A stretch of DNA of 63,956 bases, counting the filler, from Octopus bimaculoides (lineage: Eukaryota), in the NCBI RefSeq assembly GCF_001194135.2. It is 4 parts of 4 records of this genome, joined end to end, with 100 filler letters (N's around TTAATTAATTAA, not from the genome) between each part and the next. Parts side by side here need not be neighbours in the genome. Positions count along the whole stretch, not along the records: positions 62,108 to 63,956 come from NC_068981.1; 3 more parts are not named here. The stretch is one strand, 5' to 3'. Every line of letters starts with the position of its first letter. Position 1 is the stretch's first letter. The notes under the pieces are model-generated. The model had not been told where the DNA came from. It worked only from the letters and a program-made list of their open reading frames with translations, and ran no database searches. A program made the translations under genes and the position numbers. Shown piece by piece: positions 63,524 to 63,956 of this stretch.

Positions 63524-63947
63524 ATAAAATGATATAACAAGGTCAAGGCAGTGTCATATTTCTAGGACATTTATAAAGAAACAGGTGGTCATACAGCTGT
63601 TTCAGGGATATAAAAATATCCTATTATCAGAGATGATATGAGAGAGTTTCAATAGAAAGAAATAGTAGAGTTGATTATATAAGAAGTTATTTTGGAAAGG
63701 GAGAGATACAGGAAGTATCCAACATATATTTTTATTTTCACATTTCTCTTTATATTTCCTGTATCTCTCCCTTTCAGAAATAACTTTTTATATAATGAAC
63801 TCTATTATTTCCTTCTATTGAAGCTTTCTCATATCCTCTCTGGTGATGGGATATCTTTTATATACCTGAAACAGCTGTAAGACTACCTTTCTCTTTATAA
63901 ATGCCTTAGAAATATCACACTGCCTTGGCCTTGTTATATCATTTTAT
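63524..63947. mobile_element. Foldback/MITE-like long inverted repeat
   Basis: Arms 63524-63714 and 63756-63947 are reverse complements (~190 bp, roughly 85% identity by eye) with a ~40-bp spacer. Confidence 0.8.
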
Positions 63948-63956
63948 CATATATAT

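Overview
AT-rich, gap-containing animal genomic DNA packed with microsatellites and decayed transposable elements. The repeat families suggest a coleoid cephalopod such as Octopus; this is an inference, not checked by a search. No host protein-coding exon could be supported, and most ORF-track entries are microsatellite, gap or TE artefacts. Recognisable content: fragments of non-LTR retrotransposons (Tx1/L1-like, CR1/L2-like, RTE, R4/Dong-like, HERO-like, CRE-like), two Penelope-like (PLE) remnants (RT; GIY-YIG), one Tc1 and two mariner remnants, several tRNA-derived SINE families and a foldback element. The most interesting signal is a set of minimal, dimer-type hammerhead ribozyme motifs. 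One is built into a tRNA-headed SINE-like element with an inverted terminal repeat like those of Penelope elements. Also notable: R4/Dong-like 3' ends stacked in (TAA)n tracts, a twin-priming-type inversion in a Tx1 element, an intron-like insert in the Tc1 transposase, a 34-bp duplication around a HERO fragment, and a CpG-decay boundary near 11.3 kb. Boundaries of decayed elements are approximate.
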